Assembly: GCA_045636045.1 (NCBI GenBank)
Contig: JAZTWT010000019.1
Location: 15,355 to 79,354, forward strand
Source: Candidatus Enterousia sp.
Lineage (GTDB): Bacteria > Pseudomonadota > Alphaproteobacteria > Rs-D84
Reading direction: 5' to 3'
DNA: 64,000 bases
Below, piece by piece: positions 63,752-64,000 of the stretch. The position numbers were made by a program, and so were the translations under genes. The notes beneath the pieces are model-generated. The model was not told the origin of the DNA, made no database searches, and worked only from the letters and a program-made list of their open reading frames with translations. Within the stretch, counting starts at the first letter, position 1; the number at the start of each line of letters is the position of its first letter.

Positions 63752-63945
63752 TTATTTCTCCTTTATGTTCCTTTGTGGTTACACATATACAGTTTACTAT
63801 ATTTTTTCATCGTTTACCCCAGGTTTGAATCCCTAGGATTTTATCAGTTTTCATGCGTACAGCGCACTTTTTTGACATCAATCCTGTGTCACAAAACAAA
63901 GAAACATGATATGTTTATCATGCATACAACCAAAGGAGAGAGAAA

Positions 63946-64000
63946 ATGTATGAATTAATACAACACCTGATTGCATTTAAATATGCATGTAAGGTAAACC
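63946..64000 (+). CDS. 5' end of an ORF running off the window (possible HTH regulator)
   Basis: ATG 63946 lies 6-7 nt after GGAGAG. MYELIQHLIAFKYACKVN stays open to the window end. It is divergent from the lipoprotein gene. The LysR-like reading is only a guess. Confidence 0.3.
   Translation, partial: MYELIQHLIAFKYACKVN

Noticed and set aside
63817-63845. The sequence ccaggtttgaatccctagg looked like a tRNA T-arm (GGTTCGAATCC-like).
   Set aside because: No acceptor stem, D arm or anticodon arm can be built around it. The CCTAGG is just a short palindrome.
1-64000. I scanned for CRISPR arrays, rRNA genes, IS elements or transposases, integrases, restriction-modification systems and known defence-system hallmarks.
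   Set aside because: I recognised none by eye in any frame. The only tandem DNA repeats are inside the fibre genes, and the only dispersed repeats are the palindromic terminator-like elements.

Overview
This is an AT-rich, gene-dense chromosomal segment from a Gram-negative bacterium. The housekeeping set looks proteobacterial, closest to an alphaproteobacterium: ftsEX, plsC, tolB, fba, trxB, serS, typA, efp, ppa, dnaN, cdaA, asmA, an rluC-like gene, uvrC, pgsA, dnaJ, parE, ruvC, a DUF721/DciA-like gene, mltA, secB, yebC, ruvA, mnmE, sufBC, an AI-2E permease, ruvX, gatC/gatA/gatB, miaB and one tRNA-Phe(GAA). I saw no rRNA, CRISPR array, transposase, integrase, or recognisable prophage or defence genes. 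The stand-out region is the first 10 kb. It holds seven tandem same-strand genes (the first cut by the window edge) encoding Sec-signal-bearing fibrous proteins. These carry phage tail-fibre-like motifs and shared N- and C-terminal modules, and two neighbours share a near-identical co-linear block of about 0.8-0.9 kb. I consider this the best candidate for an undescribed system: a cell-encoded arsenal of exported fibres or adhesins. Other accessory-looking items are: (1) an orphan PilN-type secretin lipoprotein with a TcpQ/PilL-like partner; (2) an orphan type IV pilin-like gene and an orphan VirB2/TrbC-like gene; (3) a 726-aa Cys-rich secreted protein; (4) a cytoplasmic S8 peptidase between ruvA and mnmE; (5) a Cys-rich ORF inserted between gatC and gatA, and an antisense tRNA-Phe between gatA and gatB; (6) three tandem small basic ORFs upstream of miaB; (7) an RHH (BrnA-like) plus DinD-like islet beside an isolated tolB, which is followed by a secreted nuclease instead of pal; (8) a family of ~100-bp long-palindrome elements at four convergent gene junctions. 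All calls rest on manual reading of the ORF track and the sequence. No searches were run, so family names come from recollection. Start codons, promoters and repeat boundaries are approximate.
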